The notes: generated from the sequence alone by a model not told the origin. A stretch of 64,000 bases of DNA from Planctomycetota bacterium (GCA_044230075.1 JBGARS010000017.1:1-64000); one strand, 5' to 3'; positions 35,244 through 44,549 are shown, counted from the stretch's first letter. Numbers and translations are program-made.

Positions 35244-35675
35244 ATGGAAGTACTGCTCGTCGAGAAGGATCCTCTTGTCCGCGACCAGGTGAAGGTCGGT
35301 CTGCAGCAGTTCCCCGAGTTCCACGTCACCGTGGGCAGCGGGTATGCGGGCATCAACGAGGTGCGCAGCCGCCATTTCGACGCGGTGTTCCTCGGCGTCG
35401 ACCCGCGCGAGAAGGACACCGTCAAGCTGCTGCATCATCTGCGCTCGTTCGACACGACGACCGAGCTGTTCGTGATGACGGCGTCGCGCAACGTGCGCGA
35501 CATGGCGGTGGACAAGAGCAAGTACAACGTGCACTCGTTCCTGCAGACGCCGATCGACGTGCGGGAGTTCTTCGGCCTGCTCGGCCGCTTCCTCGAGCGG
35601 CGCACCGAGCGGCAGAACTCGACCCTGCGCAAGGACAGCCGCCGTTCGGTCGCCAACGCCGGGCCGCCCCGGTAA
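35244..35675 (+). CDS. Single-domain response regulator receiver (CheY-like)
   Basis: MEVLLVEKDPLVRDQVKVGL...FDAVFLGVD...LFVMTAS is a receiver-domain pattern with a phospho-acceptor Asp candidate in VFLGVD. Confidence 0.65.
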   Translation: MEVLLVEKDPLVRDQVKVGLQQFPEFHVTVGSGYAGINEVRSRHFDAVFLGVDPREKDTVKLLHHLRSFDTTTELFVMTASRNVRDMAVDKSKYNVHSFLQTPIDVREFFGLLGRFLERRTERQNSTLRKDSRRSVANAGPPR

Positions 35676-35771
35676 GCGGGGCGTGCAAACCCGGGCCCGC
35701 CGGGCGTCGGCCGCCGGGTCCGCCGGCGCGCGCTTGCCTCCGGCCCGACGCGGTGGTCTGTTCTCCGCGTC

Positions 35772-36617
35772 ATGTCCGATCCGGCCCCGTCCGACGTCGC
35801 GTTCCCGGCCCGGCGAACGAACCTCTGGCTCGAATCGCGCTACCGCAAGCTGCGTCGGGGCCTGCCGCAGACCGTGTTCTTCTGTCCCGACTGCAAGGGC
35901 AATCGCAAGCGGCGCGAGGGTTGCGAACGTTGTGGCGGCTTCGGCAAGCTGACGCGCGAGTCGGTGCAGGAGTTGATCGCGCGGCGGCTGCTGCCGGCGA
36001 TGCAGGCCAAGGCCGGTCGCTTCCACGGTGCTGGCCGCGAGGACATCGACGTGCTGATGCTGGGGCGCGGCCGCCCGTTCGTGTTCGAGGTCGTCGGCGC
36101 CCGCCGCGGCGATCTCGACCTCGAGGCACTGCGCGTGGACATCGAGCAGCGCGCCGAGGGTGCGATCGAGCTGGCGCCGTTCGTGCGCGTGCAGCGGCAG
36201 CGCCTCGTCTACTGGAAGCAGGAGCACTTCGAGAAGGTCTATCGCGCCGAGATCGCGGTCGATGCCGCACCGGATCCGGCGGCGATCGCGCAGGCGGCTG
36301 CGTTCGCCGGTGCGATCGTGCAACGCACGCCGCAGCGCGTGTCGCATCGGCGCGCCGACCTGCAACGCGAGCGGCGGTTGCGCGTGCTCTCGCTGCAGCC
36401 GAGCGGGCCTCTGACGCTCGATCTGCGTGTGCAGTGCGAGCATGGCACCTACGTCAAGGAGTGGATCTCGGGCGACGAGCAGCGCACCGAGCCGTCGCTG
36501 GCGTCGTTGCTCGGCGTCGGCTGCCGCTGTGCGCTGCTCGACGTCGAGGAGATCCTGACCGACGACGTGCCCGGGCCACGCCTGCAGGTCGCGGCGCCAT
36601 CACCGGCGGAGCACTGA
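35772..36617 (+). CDS. Pus10-like tRNA pseudouridine synthase catalytic domain with N-terminal Zn-ribbon (bacterial mini-Pus10)
   Basis: CPDC...CERCGG zinc ribbon. GREDIDVLMLGRGRPFVFEVV, VSHRRADLQRERRLRV, GTYVKEWISGDEQRTEPSLASLLG match the Pus10 catalytic motifs (human GREDVDVRTLGNGRPFAIELV, VLHRRPLAVRAR, GTYIKEFVHGDFGRTKPNIGSL). No THUMP domain. Confidence 0.6.
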   Translation: MSDPAPSDVAFPARRTNLWLESRYRKLRRGLPQTVFFCPDCKGNRKRREGCERCGGFGKLTRESVQELIARRLLPAMQAKAGRFHGAGREDIDVLMLGRGRPFVFEVVGARRGDLDLEALRVDIEQRAEGAIELAPFVRVQRQRLVYWKQEHFEKVYRAEIAVDAAPDPAAIAQAAAFAGAIVQRTPQRVSHRRADLQRERRLRVLSLQPSGPLTLDLRVQCEHGTYVKEWISGDEQRTEPSLASLLGVGCRCALLDVEEILTDDVPGPRLQVAAPSPAEH

Positions 36618-36621
36618 GCCG

Positions 36622-37251
36622 ATGACCCTCGTGGCGCCGCCGCATCTGCCGTTGCTGCGCCTGCGCTGCAGTCGCAGTGACCTGCTGCGTTCACTGCTCG
36701 AGCGGCAGCCGGCGTGGGGCCACGTGCCGCCGAGCCATGCGCAGCACCATGGCGACGACGCGGTCAGCAGCTACCGCCTGCAGCCCGAATCGTTCTTCCT
36801 GCAGGTGCAGTGGCGTTGGACCGGCGAGCAATGGGAGGAACGCGACGTCGTCGTCGTGCCCGGCGCCACGGTCGCGCTGCGGCTGGTGCTCGACGACACG
36901 CCGCCGGCGCGCATCACGGCCCTGCTCGACCTGCCGCCGACGCGCGCATTCGCCAAGGGTGCGAGCGGGCCACATCGGCGCGGCGTGCGCGACGAGGGGC
37001 TCTGGATCCACGAAGTGCTGCCGCGCGGTTTCCACTGGGCCGAGGAGAAGGTCGGCGAACTCGTCGGCTTGTTGCGCGCGCGCAGTGGCTGGCGCGACGT
37101 GCTGAGCCTGCCGGGTGTGAGTTGGGCCGGTGTGACCGTGCAGCTGCGCGGCTGCATCGAGCGCATGGGCGGGCTGTCGCTCGAAGCGCGTCTGCTCGAG
37201 GACCTGGTGGGCCTGTCACTGCAGCTCGACGTCGCGCTGGTTGCCGAGTAG
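36622..37251 (+). CDS. Hypothetical protein (209 aa), co-operonic with the Pus10-like gene
   Basis: Starts 4 nt after the Pus10-like stop. No recognised motifs. Confidence 0.4.
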   Translation: MTLVAPPHLPLLRLRCSRSDLLRSLLERQPAWGHVPPSHAQHHGDDAVSSYRLQPESFFLQVQWRWTGEQWEERDVVVVPGATVALRLVLDDTPPARITALLDLPPTRAFAKGASGPHRRGVRDEGLWIHEVLPRGFHWAEEKVGELVGLLRARSGWRDVLSLPGVSWAGVTVQLRGCIERMGGLSLEARLLEDLVGLSLQLDVALVAE

Positions 37252-37264
37252 CGCGCCGGACCGG

Positions 37265-37924
37265 TCACTGCCAGGGTTCGGTCTCGAGCGTGCGTTCCTG
37301 CTGGTGGAACAGGCGCCGGAACGTCGACGCCTGGCCCTTGCCCGGCGCGGCGGCCTGCAGGTACTCGACGAACAGCACCCGCAGGTCCTGGTCAGGGTTC
37401 TCGAACAGGTAGCGGAACAGCGCCCATGCCTGCGCGTACTGGACGTCCTGGTGCGAGGACGCGCCGAAGTCGCTGCTCTTGAAGTAGAGCAGCCGGTGCA
37501 CGCCGTAGAGGTCGTCCTGCTGCTGCGCGGCCGCGAGCGTCTGCTGGTGCCGGGGCTGCACGCTGCGTTCGAGGAATGTCAGCTTGCCGGGCACGCGGGT
37601 CTGCGCGCGGCCGTCCATGTAGTCGGCCCAGCCTTCGTCGAGCCAGCCCGGCAGCGAGCCGCGCGCCTTCGCCGCCCGCACGAGGAAGTAGTACAGCAGC
37701 GCGTGGGTGGCCTCGTGCACGAGCGCCGTCGGCCGGCCGTCTTCGAAGCAGGTGAGCAGCGCCGGCTCGCTCGACGAGAAGTAGGCGGCGACGTTGTTGC
37801 TGAGGTTCGGCATCTGCTTGCGCGTGCGATAGAGCCGCACGTCGACCGGCTCGACCAGCTCCATCAGCTGCAGCGACGGCCCGAACAGGTCGAGGAACTG
37901 CCCGTGCAGCGCCTCGGGTTCCAT
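37265..37924 (-). CDS. Putative zinc metallopeptidase (HEXXH motif; DUF1570-like)
   Basis: ALVHEATHALLYYF contains an HExxH motif. Downstream acidic residue in GWLDEGWADY. Confidence 0.5.
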   Translation of the reverse strand: MEPEALHGQFLDLFGPSLQLMELVEPVDVRLYRTRKQMPNLSNNVAAYFSSSEPALLTCFEDGRPTALVHEATHALLYYFLVRAAKARGSLPGWLDEGWADYMDGRAQTRVPGKLTFLERSVQPRHQQTLAAAQQQDDLYGVHRLLYFKSSDFGASSHQDVQYAQAWALFRYLFENPDQDLRVLFVEYLQAAAPGKGQASTFRRLFHQQERTLETEPWQ

Positions 37925-37997
37925 CAGCGTGTCGAGGCCGGTGCGCAGACCGCGATGCCGCGCGAACTGCGGCCGACGGCGCGCCGGTGCGGCATGG

Positions 37998-38462
37998 TCA
38001 GTGCGCCCGCCGGTAGATGCCGTCGAACAACTTCGTCCACTGCTTGCCGTCCGTCGACATCTCCATCGCGGAGGCCAACACGCCGGCGCGCGAGAAGTCG
38101 GAGTGCATGCGCACCTGGCCCTGCAGGTTGCGGCTCGTCAGCACGAGGTGATCGCCGTCCCACTTGCCGCGGAACTCCTCGCGGCCCTGGCCCATCCCGT
38201 CGAACCAGTGCAACACGACTTCGCCGGCGGCAGCGTCCCACGTGTAGACCCCGTGGCCTTCGAACGTGCGCACGCCGCCGCGCAGTTGCTCGTAGTCGCT
38301 GAGCACGGCAAAGCCGTTGAGCCCGCGGCGCGAGTTCGTGTGGCCTTCGGCCGTGCCGCCCTTCGGGTCCCATGGCGATGGATACATCGTCTCGGTGCCG
38401 CGCCAATCGCCGCACAGTCGTTCGAGGCGGTCGTGATCGGCGGATGGCTTGGGCATGTGCAT
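37998..38462 (-). CDS. Hypothetical protein (DUF1579-like, 154 aa)
   Basis: Clean ORF with typical amino-acid composition, WxG-rich. Confidence 0.45.
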   Translation of the reverse strand: MHMPKPSADHDRLERLCGDWRGTETMYPSPWDPKGGTAEGHTNSRRGLNGFAVLSDYEQLRGGVRTFEGHGVYTWDAAAGEVVLHWFDGMGQGREEFRGKWDGDHLVLTSRNLQGQVRMHSDFSRAGVLASAMEMSTDGKQWTKLFDGIYRRAH

Positions 38463-38548
38463 GGCGGGTCCTCGGGGGTGGGGGAGCGTGGTGGGCGCGA
38501 CTCGATGCTACGCAGAACGTCGCGGCTCGCCTACCATCGCCGCCGCGC

Positions 38549-39496
38549 ATGGCCGAGCCCCACCTGTCCGTCGTCCTGCCCGCCTTCAACGAGCGTGACA
38601 CGCTGGCGGTCTCGCTCGCCGAGGTGTTCGCCGCGCTCGCGACCCTGGCGCAGCCGTCGGAAGTGCTGGTCGTCGACGACGGTTCGACGGACGGCACGGC
38701 TGAACTGGTCGAAGGCCTGATCGCCGAGCAGCCGTCGCTGCGGCTGATCCGTCTGTCGCGCAACTTCGGCAAGGAGAGCGCCCTGTGTGCCGGTCTGGAG
38801 CACGCCAGCGGTCGCTTCGTCGCGCTCCTGGACGCCGACCTGCAGGATCCCCCTGGCGAGATGCTGCAGATGCTGGCCAAGGCGGAACAGGGCTTCGACG
38901 TGGTCTACGGCGTGCGGCGTTCCCGGCGCAGTGGGCTGCTGCGGTGGCTCGGCTACCGGGTGTTCTATCGCCTGCTGCGCCTGGTCAGCGACCTGCCGGT
39001 GCCGCTCGACAGCGGCGACTTCTCGGTGTTGTCGCGGCGCGCCGTCGACGCCATCGACCGGCTGCCGGAGCGGCATCGATTCCTGCGCGGCATGCGGACG
39101 TGGGTCGGGTTCCGTCAGTGCGGCCATCTCTACGATCGGCCGGCGCGTCGCGCGGGTGTGTCGAAGTACTCGCTCGTGGACCTGATCGACCTCGCGGTGC
39201 TGGGCTTCCTGTCGTGCGGGCGGCGACCGTTGGCGATCGTGTTCCAGCTCGGCGTCGGGCTGGTCGTGCTCGGCAGCACGATCGGCATCGCCTGCGCGGC
39301 TGCGGCCGCGTGGGGCGAGGGGCCGTGGCAGGTGGCGCCGTGGATGACGGTGTTGCTGGTGCTGGCCGGCGTGCAGTTGATCGCCATCGGCATCGTCGGC
39401 GCCTACCTCGGCCGGGTGCTCGACCAGGTCGAAGGGCGGCCGCGCTACCTCGTCGACCGCACGGTCAACTGCCCGCCGCCGAACGCCCCGCGATGA
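38549..39496 (+). CDS. GT2 polyprenyl-phosphate glycosyltransferase (ArnC/Ppm1/GtrB-like)
   Basis: LSVVLPAFNE, VVDDGSTDGT, LDADLQDPP (DxD), two C-terminal TM helices. Confidence 0.85.
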   Translation: MAEPHLSVVLPAFNERDTLAVSLAEVFAALATLAQPSEVLVVDDGSTDGTAELVEGLIAEQPSLRLIRLSRNFGKESALCAGLEHASGRFVALLDADLQDPPGEMLQMLAKAEQGFDVVYGVRRSRRSGLLRWLGYRVFYRLLRLVSDLPVPLDSGDFSVLSRRAVDAIDRLPERHRFLRGMRTWVGFRQCGHLYDRPARRAGVSKYSLVDLIDLAVLGFLSCGRRPLAIVFQLGVGLVVLGSTIGIACAAAAAWGEGPWQVAPWMTVLLVLAGVQLIAIGIVGAYLGRVLDQVEGRPRYLVDRTVNCPPPNAPR

Positions 39497-40260
39497 TCGT
39501 CGTCACCGGCATGCACCGCTCCGGCACGTCGTTGGTGTGCCAGCTGCTGGCCGGCATGGGCGTGTCGTTCGGCGCGCCGGCGGATCGATTCCCGAGCGAT
39601 CGCTGGAACGCGGCCGGCTACTTCGAACAGAAGGCGGTGATGGACACCAACAGCCGCATCGTCACCGGCCTGCCGCGCAACCGTTCGCGGTTCGTGGCGT
39701 GGCTGGGCAAGCTGGTCTACCTGTGCCTGCCGCGTGCGGCGGCGATCCAGCGCCGCGCCGAACGCCAACGCGCGTACATCGCCGAGCTGGCCCTGCAGTA
39801 CCGCGGTTGCGCGGTCAAGGATCCACGCTTCTGCCTGACGCTCGGCAGCTGGCTCTCGTGGGCCGAGGTGCAGCACGTGGTCGTATGCCTGCGCGAGCCC
39901 GGCGCGGTGCTGGCGTCGCTGGCGCGACGCGATCATCTGCCGCGCTGGCTCGGCGCGCGCTTCTACGCCTACCATCTGCGCGCGCTGCTGCGGCACCTGC
40001 CGGCCGGACGCGCGGTGTTCGTCGACGTCGATCGACTGGCCGCGGGCGCCGCCGACGAACTCGACCACCTGCGCCGGCGGCTCGGCCTCGCGAAAGGCAC
40101 CGCGTCGGCCACGCTGCTGCAGCAGGTCGTGCAGCGCGAGGCGCTCGCGGCGCCGCGCGACCGGGAGTGTCCGGCCGCGGTCGAAACCCTGTGGCGACAA
40201 CTGCGGGAGCTCGCGGCGGCGGAGCGTTCGTCGGCGGCCACGGCAGCGGGAGGGCGCTGA
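39493..40260 (+). CDS. Sulfotransferase family protein
   Basis: N-terminal 5'-PSB P-loop IVVTGMHRSGTSLV. About 255 aa. ATGA overlap with the GT2 stop. Confidence 0.55.
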   Translation: MIVVTGMHRSGTSLVCQLLAGMGVSFGAPADRFPSDRWNAAGYFEQKAVMDTNSRIVTGLPRNRSRFVAWLGKLVYLCLPRAAAIQRRAERQRAYIAELALQYRGCAVKDPRFCLTLGSWLSWAEVQHVVVCLREPGAVLASLARRDHLPRWLGARFYAYHLRALLRHLPAGRAVFVDVDRLAAGAADELDHLRRRLGLAKGTASATLLQQVVQREALAAPRDRECPAAVETLWRQLRELAAAERSSAATAAGGR

Positions 40261-41910
40261 GTGGTGCTGCCGCCGGACCAGCGCAGCGACGCTCCGGAGT
40301 CGTGGTGGCGGCGGCACGGGTGGGCGTTGGCGTTCGCCGCGGCGGCGCTGCTGCTGCGGTCGTGGCACCTCGGCACGCAGCCGCTGTGGTTCGACGAAGC
40401 GCTGACGGCGCACATCGCCTACGCGCCCGACGGACTCGACCATGTGCACAACACACCGCCGCTGTACCACTGGCTGACGCGGCTGTGGAGCGACGTGTTC
40501 GGCATCGGCCCAGCAGCGCTGCGCTCGTTCTCGGCGATCGCCGGGGCCGTGTTCGTGTGGCTGGCGTTCCAGACCGCGCGCACCGCGTCCGGCTCGCGAG
40601 CGGCGGTGGTGACTGCATCGCTGGTGCTGGTGGCGCCGCTGCACATCTACTACTCGCAGGAGGCGCGGGCCTACGGGCTGCTGCTGTGCGAACTGATGCT
40701 GGCGTCGTGGATGTCGTGGCGGCTGGTCGCCCGTCGCGACGTGCGCACCTGGCTCGCGCTCGTCCTGGCCAGCACCGCGGCGCTCTACACGCACTACCTG
40801 GCGGCGATCCCGCTCGCGCTCGCGTATGCCGTCCTCGGCCTGTCGGCGCCCGCGGCATCGCGCTGGCGCACGGCCAGGTGGATGGCAACGGCCGGCGCCG
40901 CCGCTGCCGTGCTGCTGGTGCCGTGGCTGGTCTGGTGGTACCGGCACACGCCGTTCGCCAGCAGCGACATGCGGTGGCTCGAACTGCTGTGGGCGCAGCT
41001 GTCGGGGCCGGGCGCGATCGCGACGTCGCTCGAGCTGTTCCTGCTCGGTGGGCAGGTCGAACGCACGCCGATCGTGTTGAAGCAGTTCTCCTCGCTGCCG
41101 TTCCCGGCGCTACTGCGCATCGCTGCCGTGCTGGCGACCGTGGTGCTCGTCGCCCTGGGCCTGTGGCGGACGTGGTCGGGGCAGGCGCAGCGGCGGGCGC
41201 TGCTGCAGGGCGCCGCGCTGTGCATCGGGCCGCTGTTGTGCCTGTGGCTGGTGTCGCTGGTGCACCCGGTCTACGCGCCGGGCCGCTACGACCTGATCGC
41301 CTACCCCGGCTTTCTGCTGCTGGTGGGGCAGGCGGTCGCCGCGGCCACCTCGGCGCCGGAGCGGATCCAGCGCTGGCTGGCCTGCGTCGCCACCGGCGTG
41401 CTCGCGCTCGCGGTCACGGCGAAGGACTGGCGCTACTTCACCGCGCCGGCCGATGCGGATCCGGGCCGCGAGGTGGCGCAACGGCTCGCGACGGCGGTGC
41501 CGAGCGGCGACACGGTGATCCTCTGTGGCGCCGTCGGCCTGCCGGTGCTGGTGCACCTGTACGACGATGGCTTCGTCTGGTCCGCAGGCCGATGCCGGTC
41601 CGCGCGCCTCGGCGTCGAGTTCGGTTGTCGCCTGCTGCCGCCGACTCTCGAAGTGGCACCGGCGGCCGTCAGTCGCTACCTGCAGGCGCTCGAGGATGGC
41701 AGTCTGGTGGGCGAGCTGCGGCACATGGTGCAGGCGGCGCCGCCGTCGGGGATCTGGCTGGTGCTGGGACAGGAACTGCGCGGCGCCGGCCTTTCCCCCG
41801 CGATGGTGGAGACGGGCCGCGACCTGTTCGGGGTGCTGCACGATGCTGGCTACGAGTTCGTCGCCGGCGAAGCGCAGCTCGGCATCGCGCACTTCACGCC
41901 GCGGCGGTGA
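40261..41910 (+). CDS. GT39 / ArnT-PMT-like GT-C glycosyltransferase (polyprenyl-phosphate-sugar dependent)
   Basis: About 11 TM helices in the first 420 aa. Loop-1 acidic motif WFDEAL. C-terminal periplasmic domain. GTG start directly abutting the sulfotransferase stop (TGAGTG). Confidence 0.7.
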   Translation: MVLPPDQRSDAPESWWRRHGWALAFAAAALLLRSWHLGTQPLWFDEALTAHIAYAPDGLDHVHNTPPLYHWLTRLWSDVFGIGPAALRSFSAIAGAVFVWLAFQTARTASGSRAAVVTASLVLVAPLHIYYSQEARAYGLLLCELMLASWMSWRLVARRDVRTWLALVLASTAALYTHYLAAIPLALAYAVLGLSAPAASRWRTARWMATAGAAAAVLLVPWLVWWYRHTPFASSDMRWLELLWAQLSGPGAIATSLELFLLGGQVERTPIVLKQFSSLPFPALLRIAAVLATVVLVALGLWRTWSGQAQRRALLQGAALCIGPLLCLWLVSLVHPVYAPGRYDLIAYPGFLLLVGQAVAAATSAPERIQRWLACVATGVLALAVTAKDWRYFTAPADADPGREVAQRLATAVPSGDTVILCGAVGLPVLVHLYDDGFVWSAGRCRSARLGVEFGCRLLPPTLEVAPAAVSRYLQALEDGSLVGELRHMVQAAPPSGIWLVLGQELRGAGLSPAMVETGRDLFGVLHDAGYEFVAGEAQLGIAHFTPRR

Positions 41911-41934
41911 GTGCCGGTGCGCAGCGGGCGCCGT

Positions 41935-42237
41935 TCACGGGTTGCTCGGCTGCTCGAGGATCTCCGCCGTCCCGTGCCGGTCGAGGCGGATGCGGCCCTT
42001 CGCCTCGAGTGCCTGCCACACCTCGGCGGGATACTGCGGCGGCGGTTGCACCCCGACGATGCCCGAGCTGCCGCCGCGGCTCATCGCGTCGTGGCCGAGC
42101 TTCGACTCGTCGTCGAGGCGGGTCAGCTTCATGCGCTTCTTCAGCGCCTTCATCGCGCGCAGCAGGGTCTCCTTGGTGAAGGAGCCGTCGGGGTTGCGTT
42201 CGACGAGATTCGGCGCGCCAGCATCGCGTGAGTCCAT
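41935..42237 (-). CDS. Hypothetical small protein (100 aa)
   Basis: Internal ATG 42237 within ORF 41935..42471. Lys-rich central helix KETLLRAMKALKKRMKLTRL. Confidence 0.3.
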   Translation of the reverse strand: MDSRDAGAPNLVERNPDGSFTKETLLRAMKALKKRMKLTRLDDESKLGHDAMSRGGSSGIVGVQPPPQYPAEVWQALEAKGRIRLDRHGTAEILEQPSNP

Positions 42238-42367
42238 GCCGGCATCATGCCGCCCCGCCCGGGCAGCCGGCGCATCGTTCCGGCGGCGCTGCTCCGGCCA
42301 GCCGAAAAGTGCGGGTCCGATTAAGGTGCCAGCGTACCGGTAGGTGAAAGGCCGTCCGGCCTTGGCA

Positions 42368-42997
42368 ATGCCCGAGCGGAACACCACGCCCGCCCCGACT
42401 GCTGGCGACGCGGAGATCGTCCGGCTCCTCAGCGAGCGGGAGGGGAGAGGTCTGCGCCTCCTGCTCGCCACCTACGCCGCCGGCACGCGTGCCGGCCTGA
42501 AGAAGAGATTCGGTGGTGCCTTGAGTGAAGCAGAGATCGACGACGCACTGAGCACGGCCACCTTCCGCGCCTGGCGGAAGGCGCACACCTACACCGCGAC
42601 CAGGGGCACGCTGGGCGCCTGGTTCTTCGTGATCGCGAGCAATGCCGGTCGTGAGATCGTACGCGCCCGGCAGCGCCACGACCGCGAGGTCCGCGGCCAC
42701 GAACTCGAGAACCTGCCGGGGCCGATCGAGATCCTGCCGATGCCGCCGCCGGCCTTCCTCGACGTGTTGCGGGAGTGCATCGAGGCGCTGCCGCGCATGC
42801 AGCGCCACATCATCGAAGCCGACCTGCAGAGCGGCGACACCGCCGACGCCGGCGATCTCGCCGCTGCCCTGCAGACGAGCCGGAACTCCGTCTACGCGAC
42901 GCGGTCCGCGGCTCGCAAGGCCCTGAAACAAGCTCTGTGCGAGCGTGGTTGCGCTCCCGACGAAGACGCGAAACCGAGCAAGTTGCCATGCAAGTGA
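42368..42997 (+). CDS. ECF-type RNA polymerase sigma factor
   Basis: Region 2 (FRAWRKAH...LGAWFFVIASNAGREIVR) and region 4 HTH (DLAAALQTSRNSVYATRSAARKALK). Confidence 0.7.
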   Translation: MPERNTTPAPTAGDAEIVRLLSEREGRGLRLLLATYAAGTRAGLKKRFGGALSEAEIDDALSTATFRAWRKAHTYTATRGTLGAWFFVIASNAGREIVRARQRHDREVRGHELENLPGPIEILPMPPPAFLDVLRECIEALPRMQRHIIEADLQSGDTADAGDLAAALQTSRNSVYATRSAARKALKQALCERGCAPDEDAKPSKLPCK

Positions 42998-43800
42998 ACG
43001 ACGAGTCATTCTGGAGTGCCCCATTCTGGAGTGCCCTGCGAAGATCGATCGCCGAGGCGGAAGCGGCGGTTGCCGAGGAGCACGCGTGTGCCGCGCAGCT
43101 GCTGGCAGAGGTCGATGCGGAACGGGGCGGTCGGCCGGCCGAACAGCTGGGCGACGCGCAGATCGACGCGATGGTCGCGCGCGCCCTCGCGCCGGAGCCG
43201 CCGGTTGCCGTGCAACCCGGCGCCGCGCTGCCAGCTGCGCGCCGGCCATTGCTGGGTCGCGTCCTGGTGGCGGCCGTCGCGATGCTGCTGACACCGCAGT
43301 TCCTCGCGGCAGCCACGGTCGCCACCGTGGCGGTCGTGGCGTCGGCGTTCCTGCTGCAGCACACGACGCAGGCGCTGACCTTCCAGCGCGCGGTGGAGAT
43401 CCTGATGGACGAGGGGGAATCGGCGGCGAACCGTGATCTCGCCCAGGGCACGGTCTACGGCGACCTGCTGGATGGCATCGATGCCTTGCGAGTCGCCGCG
43501 GGCGATCCCGGGGAACTCGGCGCCCAGGCGAGCGGTGTGCTGGGAAGGCTGCGCACGAAACTGCACACTCCGGATCCGTTCGTGCCACGGCCGCTCACGG
43601 GCGTGCCGCTGCTGCTCGGCGACCAGGTCATGGACGCCGGGCTCGACCAGGAGGTGCGCGCGGGCGCCCTGTCGCTCCTGGCCGAACTGATGGTCTACGG
43701 CGTTTCTGCCCTGAAGGCGACCGAGCTGGCGGCCTTGCCACCGCGGGTTCAGCAGAACAACCGGGTGCTGCTGGAGCGGCTCGCCGAGCAGCTCAGGTGA
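42988..43800 (+). CDS. Putative anti-sigma factor (cytoplasmic N-domain, one TM helix, periplasmic domain)
   Basis: Overlaps the sigma-factor stop. TM helix LLGRVLVAAVAMLLTPQFLAAATVATVAVVASAF. Confidence 0.45.
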   Translation: MQVNDESFWSAPFWSALRRSIAEAEAAVAEEHACAAQLLAEVDAERGGRPAEQLGDAQIDAMVARALAPEPPVAVQPGAALPAARRPLLGRVLVAAVAMLLTPQFLAAATVATVAVVASAFLLQHTTQALTFQRAVEILMDEGESAANRDLAQGTVYGDLLDGIDALRVAAGDPGELGAQASGVLGRLRTKLHTPDPFVPRPLTGVPLLLGDQVMDAGLDQEVRAGALSLLAELMVYGVSALKATELAALPPRVQQNNRVLLERLAEQLR

Positions 43801-44141
43801 CTGTCCGAGGAGACCGTGCAGAACACCTCGCCGACGTCGGGGCCGTTGAACTTGGCCATCGACCAGTCGGGCACTGTCCAGTTGGCCGTGCCGTGGCCGG
43901 TTGCGTCCAGCGTGATCGAGACCGCGTCCGTGTGCGGGTCGCGGCGCCGACCGTCATCGACGTCGATCTGGATCGTCTGGCCGGCCAACAGCGGGTTGAA
44001 GTAGGTGATCGTCACGGTGTCGCCGACGTGCAGCGTGGACTCGCTGACTTCGAGCGTCGGCTCGGGGCCTTGGGCGACGGCGGGTGCGGCGACGAGCAGG
44101 GCAGTCGCGATGGTGGCGGTCAGGAACTTGCGGAACAGCAT
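43749..44141 (-). CDS. Small secreted hypothetical protein (130 aa)
   Basis: Signal peptide MLFRKFLTATIATALLVAAPAVAQG. AAGGAGA RBS 8 nt upstream. 3' end overlaps the anti-sigma gene convergently by about 50 bp. Confidence 0.5.
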   Translation of the reverse strand: MLFRKFLTATIATALLVAAPAVAQGPEPTLEVSESTLHVGDTVTITYFNPLLAGQTIQIDVDDGRRRDPHTDAVSITLDATGHGTANWTVPDWSMAKFNGPDVGEVFCTVSSDSHLSCSASRSSSTRLFC

Positions 44142-44549
44142 GTGTAGTGTCTCCTTCGGGAATGGATGCGCCGGGCGGACGGCCCGCGCGGCTGGCCGCT
44201 ATCGAGCGAGCACCGCGGCACGGGTGGGTTGGGCCCCCCCTTCGTCGCTCGCGGGGTCCCGATCAGGGAACGCGGCACTGCTCGGCGGCATCGAGCTCGC
44301 GTCGGCTGCGGCGCGGCTCGCAGGCGGCGTGGCCAAGATCTTCGCGCGCGACTCAAGTCGCTCGCCGCGTCCGCGCCCACGCCCACAGGCGGCACTTAAG
44401 GTCCCGGCGTACTCACCCGTGGCGGGGGTTTTCCCGTGCGCCGTGACAGGGCCGCGGCCTCGCCGAACGCGATGAAACCCAACCAGACAGCTGCGGGCGT
44501 CCAAGTCAGGGGTCGAGAGCGACCGCAGGCCTGAGCGAGCGGGACCGGC

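Noticed and set aside
44142-44549. A tRNA or other structured RNA gene in the large intergenic gap
   Set aside because: No GTTCGAnnC T-loop or acceptor-stem complementarity pattern found by eye. Cannot exclude a small RNA without a covariance-model scan.
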